Shown: positions 24,038 to 35,363, counted from the stretch's first letter. The stretch: 64,000 nt of DNA from Bdellovibrionales bacterium (GCA_965219095.1 CBDCMT010000001.1:1376001-1440000), one strand, 5' to 3'. The notes: generated from the sequence alone by a model not told the origin. Program-made: numbers and translations.

Positions 24038-24458
24038 TATTTCTAAACATTTAGCTTTTTTATGAAAAAATAATTTGCATAATTCTAAATCTTTCTTTTA
24101 AAGCTTTGGAAAATGATGATTTTAAGAAAAATAGAAACATCATCAACACCATTCAAGATGAAGGCTTAAATCATGAGTTCATGTGTGAAAAGATTTTTTA
24201 CCTCCTCAAAAGAATCTGTGGGTTCCCTGAGGTTCTGGTAGTTTTCCAAGGTTATGATATAAGGCGATTTCTAGAGCTTTAGAGGTTTTATAAAAAGACA
24301 ATTCAAGCAGTTCATCCAAGGAAAGCTAATAGGCCTCTGATTTTTATAAACCTTAAGGTTTCCATAAACCTGTCAAGAATCTGTTTTGTCTCAGCTTGGC
24401 ATTACAACTGCGCTAAGACTTGATTATTGGAAATTGATTGTAAGAGCCAGTTTATGAC

Positions 24459-25103
24459 TCAATGTACTTGATGCAGATGATAAACCATACTAAGAGTACA
24501 GGTGTCATAAATAGCATAGAGGTGTCGTAAATTAATTGACTTATAGGAATTTTGGAGGGTGGCGTTTTGAAAACGTCTATATTCATCATCAGTCATTTTG
24601 CAAGAATGATGAAACAAATCTTTATATTTTTCAGAAAAATCTCCTCTGTTCAAATAAACCAAATCTTGCCTTATAGAAAATGATTTTCCTGAGTAAATCG
24701 TGTTTAAAAAAAAGTCCATGTTAAAATCTTTTTCTTTTCTTGAAAAATCATAAATGTACTCTGAGGATAATTCCTTTAGGCTTTCACATTTATGAATCAT
24801 GCATTTTAAAATTAAATGATTTTTTGCTGCCTCTACAGTATTTCCATATCCTATTTTTTTTTCTGATTGTGTTGCAAACATACTCTTAAATGGAAAAAGC
24901 TTTGTAAATTGATCTACAGGAGTAGCCGTGTATAGAATTTTTTGATCCTTTTCTAGATCATAAACAGACTTTAGAAGAGAGTCTGTATCCTTTAACAGAA
25001 AATGCATTAAGATCTCTCTTTCTCCGTTCTGTTTTCGATATTGAGAGAAACCATTCAGTTCGAAAAAAAACATGATTAAGACAAAAAATATATATTTTTT
25101 CAT
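24459..25103 (-). CDS. Secreted hypothetical protein, copy 2
   Basis: Protein identical to 12145-12789. Confidence 0.8.
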   Translation of the reverse strand: MKKYIFFVLIMFFFELNGFSQYRKQNGEREILMHFLLKDTDSLLKSVYDLEKDQKILYTATPVDQFTKLFPFKSMFATQSEKKIGYGNTVEAAKNHLILKCMIHKCESLKELSSEYIYDFSRKEKDFNMDFFLNTIYSGKSFSIRQDLVYLNRGDFSEKYKDLFHHSCKMTDDEYRRFQNATLQNSYKSINLRHLYAIYDTCTLSMVYHLHQVH

Positions 25104-25106
25104 AAA

Positions 25107-26258
25107 TTACCATCCCCCTGAAAGTCTAGGCCTCGCCCCCCCATACAAAATTTTTGATGTAGAAAAAAAGGCCCCTAATTGTATTTTGGATATTTGACGA
25201 CAAAGATCACTCCATCCATCTTTAAGGTTTACTTCTTTTAGCAATTCAAGGTTTTCTTGTGTTCGAGATTCAGCCTCCCTACACGTTAAAGGAGCGCTAG
25301 GAGGATTCCATTTATAGAGAATGTGATTTTGAGTCACTTCATTATAAAGTAATTTGAAGTCTAAAAGAGCTCCGTTACCAAGAAGACCGTTCCATATGGC
25401 TAGAGAAAAAGGTTTTATTTTTTTTATAATTTCATCTATTTTTTTAACACAAGATGTTTCTTGTAAAAAACTTAAAGTTTCTTTTGAGTAAAAATAAGAA
25501 ACATCTTTGTCAATCATATCAGAAATTTCATTAATGATATTCCACTCAAGCTGAAAAGCTCTTAAGCTAGAAAAAGCGGACTGAAGAACAGGAGAGCCTA
25601 ATAAAGGATCAAATTTTTTCAGTTGATTATAATGGGGAGATGTTATTTTATCTGCAAAATGGGATTGATATTGAAAACCAGCATCTAATTGTATGGATAA
25701 TTCGTGGACTAAAATGGGAATTAACCTTTTTTCAGAGAAACTACTTTCATATAAAATGATTTCTCCTGTATGAGACCAAGAATCAAAAATATAAGAACTC
25801 TCTGAAAGGAAATCTTCATTATTTATATAAAAATATTTCATCTTTTCATAAGTTGGAAAAAAAGTTGTTTTGTTAGATTGTAGTTTTACCTCAATAGGAA
25901 AGAAAGGTTTATAGGCCTTCTTTTTTGGAAGGGGTGCCTCTTCGCAGCCTAATAAAATATTAGAAATGTCGGACTCACCTAATCCTAAATAGATGTTGGC
26001 TGTTTTTTTATCACATAACAAAGTTTGACGAAGCATATAGTAGAGAGCTGTAGGGGTTGAAAGTATTGTCTTATAGGCAGAAAGTATTTTTTTATAATTT
26101 TCACTGCCCCTTTCAATTTCTCTCTTTTTTTCATGATTATGAAAGGAAATTCCATGAATCTTTTGACAACTATGCCACTCTGTTTCAGCAGAAGTGGCCT
26201 TCCCATTAAAAAAAGAAAAAAGCAGAACAAAAATAAATAAAAATTGAAAAGACGTCAT
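25107..26258 (-). CDS. Secreted hypothetical protein, copy 2, ending GGARPRLSGGW
   Basis: Near-identical to 12812-13945; stop lies 3 nt before the next start. Confidence 0.8.
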   Translation of the reverse strand: MTSFQFLFIFVLLFSFFNGKATSAETEWHSCQKIHGISFHNHEKKREIERGSENYKKILSAYKTILSTPTALYYMLRQTLLCDKKTANIYLGLGESDISNILLGCEEAPLPKKKAYKPFFPIEVKLQSNKTTFFPTYEKMKYFYINNEDFLSESSYIFDSWSHTGEIILYESSFSEKRLIPILVHELSIQLDAGFQYQSHFADKITSPHYNQLKKFDPLLGSPVLQSAFSSLRAFQLEWNIINEISDMIDKDVSYFYSKETLSFLQETSCVKKIDEIIKKIKPFSLAIWNGLLGNGALLDFKLLYNEVTQNHILYKWNPPSAPLTCREAESRTQENLELLKEVNLKDGWSDLCRQISKIQLGAFFSTSKILYGGARPRLSGGW

Positions 26259-27215
26259 TTAACTCCTAATTTTATATGTTGATTTTTTGATATTTTTATT
26301 TTCTGAACTTTGAAAACAGACTCCTCTCTTAAAGTTAATCCATAAATTCTTTTGTTTAATCTCTTAAAAAGGATTCTTGTTTTATCAATGGCCATAAAGC
26401 TAAGGGATTCGTTATAGAGCAATTGGATCACTTCTTCCGTTGAACAAGAGGTTTTTTCAGAAAAAATTTGAAAAACTTTTTCTACAACTTCAATGTTTTT
26501 TAAAAATACTTTTTGGTCTTTGAACACAAGACTTCTATCTCTCTTATGGACATAAACATAAAGCTCATCTAAGGGGTTTTGTAAGTCAAGTTTTTTCCTC
26601 CAAAGATTTCTTGTTTTTTGAGAAAACTTATATAGAAGTAAATTTACAAAGTCCAACAAGGGATCCTTGTTCTGAGCCCTTCTTAGAGATAGCACAGAAA
26701 CTTTTAAAACCTCGGAAAAAAGCATTTTTTTCTTTAGCTCCACAACTTCTCTAAGAGATAAGCTGTAATTTTTATTCTCAAGAAAATTAAGAAGAATTTT
26801 TTCATACAAAGTTAAAAATTCACTTTTAAGCATAGGCTTAATTGTCTTTATATCTATGGGCTTATCATGGATCAAATAATGTTCAATAAATTCTGTCAGA
26901 AACAAATTGATATCTGTTGGGTTTTTTATTTTACTGCTTTTCAAGACATTAAAAAGTCTTGCCTCTGCAAGACTTTGTTTTTTCACTCTCAACTCAGCTA
27001 AGAATAGAGCATGCTGTGTTTCAATGAATAAGGAATGATCACCTCTTATATCTGAATACTCTAATAAATTGAAATAAGCAGAGTTAATGTCTTGGGTCAT
27101 TCCATAAACGGACTCTATTCTGAGAATTTGCGATAAGCAAAGAAGAACGTCTTCTGTTTTTTGTTCTTTAAATATTTTTAAAAGATGTTTATAACTTTTT
27201 AAAGCTTCATAAATA

Positions 27216-27285
27216 TAGCGAATACGCTTAGATTCTCCGGTCGATTCTCTAGAGAAAAAAACTGAAAACCTAAACGGAAACACTA
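27216..27285. mobile_element. 70-bp IS630-end MITE
   Basis: Right end AACTGAAAACCTAAACGGAAACACTA resembles IS630-B; flanked by TA. Confidence 0.6.
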
Positions 27286-27289
27286 TATA

Positions 27290-28989
27290 CCTAAGTTTGA
27301 GACAATTTTTACTCACTAGGATTTAAGAAAGTATGGAAGTGCGATTTCTCAAAATTCCTAAATCTATGGAATTCAGTATTTTTTCTTGCTTCTTATTTAA
27401 AGTAACAGTTTTCATCAACCTTACTTTTTTCTTTTTATCAGAAAAATAAACATTATACATTGTTTCCAGCTCCTCAATGGCTTTTTGTGGAGATATTCCA
27501 ACATTTTTATGATTTAATCTCATTTTTAAAATTGATAATAAAAGATAGGATAAATAACATATGAACACATGGGCTTTAACTTTTTTGTTTAGCCAAAATC
27601 TGATAGGTTGTATATTCGAGATACCTTTCAATACTTTAAAAGCTTGTTCTATAACATCCTTGTCAAAATAAATCCTTACCATTTCCTTTTCTGAAATGGA
27701 TTTCTTTGTGCAGAAAAGACAAAAAAATCCATCCAACTCTTCCTCTCTTTTTAAAAGCTCTGTCCTGATTCTGCCAGTGGCTGTTAAATATCTTTCAAAA
27801 CGTTCATTTATCTTTTTCCCTTTTTTTCTTAATTCTTGAGCCTCAAGAAGGCCCAATCTTCTTGATTCTGTTTCCTCTAATTTTTTCGATGCATTATAAC
27901 AAATTACCAATTTTCCACTAATTGAAGCTAATTTATAAGCAACTCCTCCCACATAAAAACTACTCTTATTGACTCGGACTATGCTTGATATGTTGTCCAG
28001 GAATTTTTTATTTGAAAACTTTCTTATAATAGCCTTTTCTTTCTCTCGAATGGGCAAGCCACATAAGGTATTTAAGCCTATTTCTCTAGAGGACATCAGA
28101 TTTTTTTTAGAAACTACACCCCGATCATAAACAAACAGTTGAGGACGAATTTGACTTTTTCGTAAATACTCTAGAACGCATGAAAGAGTTCTTGCGTCAT
28201 GAATATTTCCATCAAATGTTTTGTGAAATACAGGAACTCCTTCATTTTGTGTTGTCACCAAAGCTATTTGAATAAGATCATTTTGTCTTTGACCATCCTT
28301 ACTTCTTCCTTGTTTTCCCATTGAGCAGGCCTTTCCATGAAAATAAGTGTTTGTAGTGTCATAAACTAGACCTTTGGTATCTAATTTATATGTTCTCTTG
28401 ACCTTATTAAAGATGGTTTTCTGATAAGCTTCTATTTGCTCATCGTTAATATCGACTTTCTGTCAAAGAATCTAAGTTTAGAAGCAAATTTAAATCAGTT
28501 CTTTCATACCATTTTGGCATATTCCGTAAGCTTTTATAATTTATACAGTGAGCGTAAGTCATGCTTAGTATTTCGTTGGAGTATTCCCCCTAAAATTTCT
28601 GGAAGATTTATTTTTTTTGCAATGCTGTGAAAGGCAAGCAAGGGACCATAGATTTTTAACCATCCATTTGAATATCTTTTGATGAAAGAGAAATGACAGC
28701 CTCTTTATTAACTTCTTTTCCAATATGACGGATGTATTTCTGAACAACTTTACCTTTAACCCATCGATTTTCTACTTCTGCAAGATAAACGACACCACCC
28801 TTTTTGTATCTTCTAATAAAGCTCATGAACACCTCCTAGTGAGTATAATACTCACTATAAACCTAAGAAAAGTCAAGGCTTATTTTTCTTTGGATTGAAA
28901 ATTCCTGTATTTCCCCTATAGAAATGGAGTTTCTTTGAGGTGACCTAAAATGGAAAATCCTAGTGAGTAAAATTTATCTCGAATTTAGG
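27290..28989 (-). mobile_element. IS1634-family element, frameshifted transposase (27323-28826)
   Basis: IRs CCTAAGTTTGAGA..ACTCACTAGG / CCTAGTGAGT..TCTCGAATTTAGG; YDTTNTYF, GRSKDG, YDRG, IEQAF, AHVFICYL. Confidence 0.88.
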
Positions 28990-29661
28990 TATATACCCAT
29001 CAAGTTCTAGGAATTTGTTAATGTTGATCCTTGTTCTAAAAACAACTCCTGGCTCTAAAAGAAAATGGTTTTTTCTAAGGTATTCTTCTATCTTCTTCCA
29101 TTTTTTTCTCCAACTTGAAAAATCTGACATTAAAAGGAATAAATTAGCCTCTTCACACAGCATTTTTACATGAGGAGGATGCATTTCCTGGTGGTCTTTT
29201 ATAACCTCTAAAGCTTTTTCATATTTACCTTGAAGTAAAAAGTTTTTAGATTTTAAAAAATTTTTTTCACTCATGAACTTATGATTTAAGCTTTCATCTT
29301 GAATGGTGTTGATGATGTTTCTATTTTTCTCAAAATCAGAATCTTTCAAAGCTTTATAAGCAGTTTGAAGTTTTTTTGCTAAGCCCTTATTGTTGATATT
29401 CATCTTTGTATGCCTTCTTCTGAAATTCCTTTCTGATAAATCGTCTTAAATCTTATTTCTCTAAAGCACAGTCAATTTTATCTAAGCCTGCAAACACCCC
29501 TCTATTCTGGCTTATTTTATCTACTTAAGAGAACCTAAAATCTAATGATAGGTTTATATCATAAGTTATAGGCTGTGTCAAAAAAATGATTTTTTCCTGA
29601 GCTTGAACGATTGAACAACTTTTTGCAGAAAACGGACTGTTATATGATAACTTATATTTTT

Positions 29662-29709
29662 GCCTTCTCAAAAGAATCTGTGGGTTCCCGGAGGTTCTTT
29701 TGAGGAGCC
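29662..29709. mobile_element. 48-bp ISL3-derived MITE inside module R copy 4
   Basis: ISL3 ends flanked by 8-bp TSD ATATTTTT. Confidence 0.8.
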
Positions 29710-29920
29710 ATATTTTTTAACTCAATGGGTCATCAAGGTCAATTCATTGTTATTTTTACAATTCTTTTTGAAAAATTTATATGTCCACTTCAGTACACCT
29801 CAGTCTGTTTTAAAAGTGATCTCATTTGATTATGTTTGTGCTGGAATGTGTAATACAAATCAAAATGTGTAATGCAAATCACACATCATTTATAAAAACA
29901 AAGAAAAAAGGAGAATAAAA

Positions 29921-30060
29921 ATGAATATAAAAACTTTCATACCACTTATATGTACTGGGCTCTTGGGATTTTCATCTCATGCTGTGTCCTATCACCACTC
30001 TGAATCTAAGCACATAAAGGCTCTTCAGAATCCTCTTGTTTGCGATTTGATTCCTTATAT
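29921..30060 (+). pseudogene. 5' part of SH3b-like secreted gene copy 2, cut by an IS630-B end
   Basis: Matches 22659-22799, then TAGTGCTTCCGTTTAGG. Confidence 0.8.
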
Positions 30061-30106
30061 AGTGCTTCCGTTTAGGTTTTCAGTTTCCTAAGATAGAGAA
30101 GTTATC

Positions 30107-30834
30107 GAGGATGTCCCATTTCTCGGTGGAATTCTGTTCAAAAATGGAGCAGATAAGAGGACTCCCTGGTGGATTTTTAAGTCCACCTAGGATTTAATAA
30201 ATATTTAGAATGAATTAAAAATTAAACAAAAGGAGTCCAAAATGAAGAATACAAAAGAAAAAATATCAATTCAAGAACTATCGGATCACAAGGAGATTCA
30301 AGATGCTGTTCATAACTATATGAAGCATAGAATTCTTGACGTAATCTACCGGATATTTAATGACGAAGTCACTAAGCTCTGTGGTCCACTATACGATCGA
30401 GAGGAAGAATGCATGCGAAATGGAAGCGATCCTGGGTCTGTTTATGCTCAAGGACAAAGAGTTTCGATTCGAAAGCCCAGAGTTAAAAAAGACGGAAAAG
30501 ATGTCAAACTGCGAACATACTCTGCTTTGAGAAACTACGATGTTTTCACTGAAAAGATTCAGAACCACCTTCTCCATGGAGTTTCAACAAGGGACTACGA
30601 TCCTCTTTTAGAGGAGATCTCTGGTGGCACAGGAGTTAAGAAGAGTTCTGTTTCTAGAGCTTTTGTAAATTCCTCTAAGAAGGCTTTAGATGAGATAAGC
30701 TCTAAGGACTTGTCTAAGCATGAGTTTGTTTCAGTCATGATAGATGGAGTAGGCTTTGGAGATCGTACAGTGGTGGTTGCTTTAGGTATCGACGTGACGG
30801 GCAAAAAGCACATTATAGGGTTACGAGAAGGAAC
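30107..30834 (+). mobile_element. Truncated IS256-family element (second type)
   Basis: Left end GAGGATGTCCC; ORF from 30242 with GVSTR and VMIDG. Confidence 0.8.
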
Positions 30835-30907
30835 GAGGATGTCCCATTTCTCGGTGGAATTCTGCTCCATTTTTGAACAGAATTCCACCGAGAAATAGGA
30901 CATCCTC
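30835..30907. mobile_element. 73-bp palindromic mini-element made of two IS256 left ends
   Basis: 30-bp arms with 1 mismatch, both matching 30107 onward; followed by an ISL3 right-end remnant to 30937. Confidence 0.75.
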
Positions 30908-31130
30908 CCGGGAACCCACAGATTCTTTTGAGGAGGCAAAAAATCTAATTATATTAAATATTTATAATTATTGCATCGCTCCGAAACACTGAACTCAGGA
31001 TAAAGACAAAATCTTCATAACATAAAATCACTAAAACCCATAAATTAACTCTTGCTTTTCCTCCCATAACTCCTACTATAGAATAGAAGTTTAGACAGAA
31101 AAATTTAACAGAAGAAAGGGCTTTTTTATT

Positions 31131-31556
31131 ATGAGGTATATTTTGTTTTTGACTTCAGTGGCTTTCATGGCTTCAGGATGTTCTTCCTACAGTTACAGAC
31201 CTATTCTGTACAACAATGCAGAATACAGAAAAGTAGGACAAGCTGAAGCAGAAAGACAAGTAGATTTTTGCTTAGCCGAAGCTGATCGATTTTTAAAAGG
31301 GCCTAAGGCTATAGCCTTTAAACAAAATCTCAAACGTTCTATGACAGCAGGAGGAATTTTAGGTGGTGTTTTAGGTGCAACAACAGGAAAACCCTCCCAA
31401 GCCCTTAAAGGTGTTGCAGGAGGTGCTGCTGTTGGTGCCGGCTCGTCCCTTATTGATGAATCCATCAAAGACAAACTCACACCCGATCAACTCAAATCAA
31501 GATATGTCGTACGTTGCCTTAAAGACAAAGGATTTGAAGTAATTGGTTGGATGTGA
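31131..31556 (+). CDS. Glycine-zipper lipoprotein
   Basis: Lipobox ASGC; GGILGGVLGA / GVAGGAAVGAG; C..C pair with terminal CLKDKGFEV. Confidence 0.75.
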   Translation: MRYILFLTSVAFMASGCSSYSYRPILYNNAEYRKVGQAEAERQVDFCLAEADRFLKGPKAIAFKQNLKRSMTAGGILGGVLGATTGKPSQALKGVAGGAAVGAGSSLIDESIKDKLTPDQLKSRYVVRCLKDKGFEVIGWM

Positions 31557-32443
31557 TTTTTAAACCAAAAGAAACTTTTGTCTCAAGTTTAAAAAAAGCA
31601 TGTTCTTTCCTAAAAGATCACTTTCCTGAATCTATCGCCTATAAAGAAACTTATGAAATAGCTTCTTTTGTTTTTAAAAAAACTAAAGAACAACTTATCA
31701 TAGATTCGAATAAAAACATCTCCCCTTCTGAATCTGAGACTTTATTTCGTCTGTTAAAAAAACGATCACAAAAATACCCTTTAGCTTATCTTCTAGAAAC
31801 AGAAGAATTTTGTGGCTTAAGATTTAAAACCGGTCCTGGAGTTTTCATTCCAAGACCTGAGACAGAACTTCTTGTAGAGTTTGGACTTGACTTTCTAAGA
31901 CGTATGCATAGAAAAGCTTCCAAGGTTCTGTGTTGTGACCTAGGTGCAGGAACAGGTTGCATTAGTTTATCCATAGCAAAAAACTTTCCCTCTTCTTTTT
32001 TTTATGCCGTAGAATCATCTCAAGAAGCTTTTTTTTATTTAGAAGAGAACATTAGAAGACTCGAATTAAAAGACCGCATCAAACCTCTTCTTATGACATG
32101 TGAAGAGTTTTTTCATACATTTTCACAAAATTTTGATCTTGTTGTTTCAAACCCCCCCTATCTTGACAAAAATGATATTCATATAGATCAAGAGGTAAAA
32201 GACTATGAACCTCACAAAGCTTTATGGAGTGAAGATAAGGGGCTTTTTTTTCTAAAAACATGGTCTAAAAAGGCAGGAGAAAATCTTATTCAACCTCAAG
32301 GCCTTCTTGCTTTAGAAATAGGACAAGACCAAAGACCTGATCTTGAAAGCTCCTTACTCTCTCAAAATCTATGGTCTTGTCTACAATTCCATAAAGACTT
32401 ACAGGGAAGAGAACGTATTGCTACTTGCTATAAATCTTTTTAA
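31547..32443 (+). CDS. prmC: Release factor glutamine methyltransferase
   Basis: PLAY, FIPRPETE, DLGAGTGCI, NPPY, LEIG. Confidence 0.95.
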   Translation: MDVIFKPKETFVSSLKKACSFLKDHFPESIAYKETYEIASFVFKKTKEQLIIDSNKNISPSESETLFRLLKKRSQKYPLAYLLETEEFCGLRFKTGPGVFIPRPETELLVEFGLDFLRRMHRKASKVLCCDLGAGTGCISLSIAKNFPSSFFYAVESSQEAFFYLEENIRRLELKDRIKPLLMTCEEFFHTFSQNFDLVVSNPPYLDKNDIHIDQEVKDYEPHKALWSEDKGLFFLKTWSKKAGENLIQPQGLLALEIGQDQRPDLESSLLSQNLWSCLQFHKDLQGRERIATCYKSF

Positions 32444-32452
32444 ACTAAAAAG

Positions 32453-35362
32453 ATGAAGAGAGAACGAAAGTGGATTGTCAAAAAAAAGTCCTCAGGTCGT
32501 ATTCTAGGCCCCTATAAAACTTCAGAGATTTTAACACTTTTGTCCTCAGAAGATATTAACGAAGACGACCATATCTCTTTATATCCTGGAACTGACTGGC
32601 ACCCCATATCTCAAACTCCTTGTTTCTTTGATCACCTTATCAGCTTACTCGAAAAATCTTTACCAAAACAAAGCACTCAAACTTCTCTTGATGAAACTGT
32701 AAGCCCTGAGGATATTAGGATTTCTAAGAGTTTAGGAGAAAATAGCAGTTCAAAAAAAGATAAGGAATTTGAAGCAAAAAATAAATCCTCCATGAAAAGG
32801 TTGGAAAAAATCACAGACCTTAGCTCTTTAAAACAAAAACCTACTATTGAACTAAGAGCTAAAAAACATATTCTTAAAAAAAGTAAATTTAAAAAAATTC
32901 TTCTCTATAGCTCCTTTTGTCTATCTTTTTTAGCTTTAGCCTTTTTTGTTGTTATTTATGGTGGAAACTTTCAAGAAGCCCAAAATCAAGTACGTTTGAA
33001 GAAACCTCAATCATTAACAAATAACAAAATATCAAAGGAAGATATGAGAAAACTTTTAAGCCTTTCTCTTTTAAATTTTTTCTCAGACACTTTTACTAGT
33101 TACTCTAAAGCCCAAAATCATTTAATTCATATTATAGAAAATTATAAAAACCACAGCCAAGCTCTTGGCCTACTTTGCATAAACTATTTACAACTATGGC
33201 CTTACTCTTACCAAGACACAAAAGACTTAGAAACTGTAGGCTATGCTTTTCAAAAAGCTGTAAGAAGAGTTGAGCCTTTAGATTCAGGACTTTGCAAAAC
33301 GGTCTATTATTTGCTACAAAGTCGTTTTGATGATGCTAGAAAGGAGACATGGAAAGCTCTCACCCAACTTTCAAAATCTGAATACAAAACAGATAGCCAA
33401 GCTTGGATTTCACAACTATCTCCATCCGACTACCGTGTTTTTTTTTTCTACTTGAGAAGTCTAATTCATAGAGAGAAGATTTTTGAATCAGAGGTTTCCT
33501 TAAATTATGCTACCTCAGCTATAAGACTACTTAAGGAACAAAAGGTATCTTGGCTAGCACTTCAAAGACTTCAAGCTAGAATTTATCAAAGCCAAGGAAG
33601 GTTGTCTGAAGCTGCTAAAGTTTACGAACAAAATCTTAAGATCAATCCTGATCATATCCTATCCCAAATTGAATTAGGAATTATTATGTCAAAGAAATTT
33701 AAGAAAAAAAATCAAGCCTACTCTTTACTTTCTAAGGCCTCTCAATCTAAGTTAAAGATTCCCAGTTCTTTACGAAGTAAGGTTTTTTTAAATTTAGCCC
33801 TTATTGAGCTAGATCGGCAACAAAAACAAAAAGCTATTCATTTTCTAAAACAATCTTACAAATGGGATCCTCTGAATAAGGCAACTAAAAATCTTTTAGT
33901 ACAAATGAAAGGTCAAGAAAAATTAGACATCACTTACGTCAATGTTCAAAGGTTTATTTTTACAGGAGATCAATACTTCAGAGAAGGAGATATTGAGTCT
34001 GCTTGTTCGCATTATAAATCAGGCTATGAAATCCAGCCCTCAAGCCCGATTGCCTTAAAGATTGGAGAGTGTTTATGGAGACTTGGTCGTTCCTCTGAAA
34101 CCATATATTGGTTAGAAAAAGCAATTCAAAAAGACCCTAAATTCATTGAACCCTATATAAAATTAGCTGATTACTATAGTCAAAGATACAACTTTAAAAT
34201 TGCCTCCAAGATTCTTTTCAAAGCACAAACACTTTCCCCTGAAAGCCATGAAGTACAAAGAGGTTTCTGTTTATTGCAGTATAGAACAAAAAACTTTGAA
34301 CTTGCTGTTAAATTTTGTGAAAAGGCCTTTAAATTATACCCTAACGATGAAAAAAACCTCATTTTACTAGCTCAATCTTACCTTTTAAACGAAAATTATG
34401 AAAAAGCCCTCAACACGTCCCATAAAGCTATTTTGCTAAGTACTACAACTGTTGAAGCTCAACTCATCTATATAAAAGCTCTTAAAGCCTTACAGGGCGT
34501 AGAAACAGCTATAAAGTACACTGAAAAAATAAGCCTCAAGTTTCCTCAAGTCATAGATTATTACTTAGCCATTTCTGAACTACTTATGGAAGTAGAAAGA
34601 TATAAAGAAGCTAGTTTTTTAATTAAAAAAGCTCATGACTACCAAAAGAATAGTAAAAAGGTTTTCCTACTTCAAGCAAAACTTGAAAAACTCACTAATA
34701 ACAGAAATATGGCTTTAGAAACTTATGGATTCATTGCTACTTTAGATCCCTCTGATCCTCTACCTTTTTTAGAAATCGGTTTGATTTATTTAGAAGCCTC
34801 TCGCTCTAATTTAAAAAACAATCAAATTGAAAGTAGTAAAACTAATTTAAAAGAAGCTAAAAAAAGTTTCCTAATAGTCATTGAAATTAACAAGCTTTAT
34901 CCAAAAATTAACTTATATCTTGCTGAAATTCTTTCTCTAAAGAACAATTTCAAAAATGCCCTTGAGTACCTTGAAAAGGAAAAAAGACTTAACCCCTATC
35001 TTGTTGATTCTTATCTCTTAGCTGCAGACATTTATTTTAAAACCAAAAAATACACATTCTGTGCTAGGGAATACCAACAAGCAATCAGCCTAGCCCCTCA
35101 AAGTTCTGAAATTTATATTAAGGTCGCTATTTGTTATCGTATATCAGGTAAAATTCAAATCGCTGTTCAAATGATCGAACAAGCTAAGAAGCTTGACCCT
35201 GGTAACTTTCATATCTATAAAGAAATGGGGGCTATTTACCAAGTTCTGGGAGAAAGAAGAAAGGCTGTAGAAGCTTACAAAGCTTATCTTTCTTTAAACC
35301 CTGGGGCCAAAGAAAAAAATCAAATTAATATTTATATAAGAAAGTTAAGTTCGGATTACTAA
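32453..35362 (+). CDS. Membrane-anchored TPR protein with N-terminal GYF-like domain
   Basis: W...ILGPY...W motif, one TM helix near aa 150-170, many TPRs. Confidence 0.8.
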   Translation: MKRERKWIVKKKSSGRILGPYKTSEILTLLSSEDINEDDHISLYPGTDWHPISQTPCFFDHLISLLEKSLPKQSTQTSLDETVSPEDIRISKSLGENSSSKKDKEFEAKNKSSMKRLEKITDLSSLKQKPTIELRAKKHILKKSKFKKILLYSSFCLSFLALAFFVVIYGGNFQEAQNQVRLKKPQSLTNNKISKEDMRKLLSLSLLNFFSDTFTSYSKAQNHLIHIIENYKNHSQALGLLCINYLQLWPYSYQDTKDLETVGYAFQKAVRRVEPLDSGLCKTVYYLLQSRFDDARKETWKALTQLSKSEYKTDSQAWISQLSPSDYRVFFFYLRSLIHREKIFESEVSLNYATSAIRLLKEQKVSWLALQRLQARIYQSQGRLSEAAKVYEQNLKINPDHILSQIELGIIMSKKFKKKNQAYSLLSKASQSKLKIPSSLRSKVFLNLALIELDRQQKQKAIHFLKQSYKWDPLNKATKNLLVQMKGQEKLDITYVNVQRFIFTGDQYFREGDIESACSHYKSGYEIQPSSPIALKIGECLWRLGRSSETIYWLEKAIQKDPKFIEPYIKLADYYSQRYNFKIASKILFKAQTLSPESHEVQRGFCLLQYRTKNFELAVKFCEKAFKLYPNDEKNLILLAQSYLLNENYEKALNTSHKAILLSTTTVEAQLIYIKALKALQGVETAIKYTEKISLKFPQVIDYYLAISELLMEVERYKEASFLIKKAHDYQKNSKKVFLLQAKLEKLTNNRNMALETYGFIATLDPSDPLPFLEIGLIYLEASRSNLKNNQIESSKTNLKEAKKSFLIVIEINKLYPKINLYLAEILSLKNNFKNALEYLEKEKRLNPYLVDSYLLAADIYFKTKKYTFCAREYQQAISLAPQSSEIYIKVAICYRISGKIQIAVQMIEQAKKLDPGNFHIYKEMGAIYQVLGERRKAVEAYKAYLSLNPGAKEKNQINIYIRKLSSDY

Positions 35363-35363
35363 T

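Larger units (their letters stand above)
26255..29403 (-). pseudogene. TPR-wHTH regulator copy 2, split by IS1634 and a mini-IS630
   Basis: 28990-29403 and 26255-27215 match the two parts of 13942-15312. Confidence 0.85.

Noticed and set aside
26255..27316. Intact 353-aa gene
   Set aside because: The N-terminus derives from IS ends; the true 5' part is at 28990-29403
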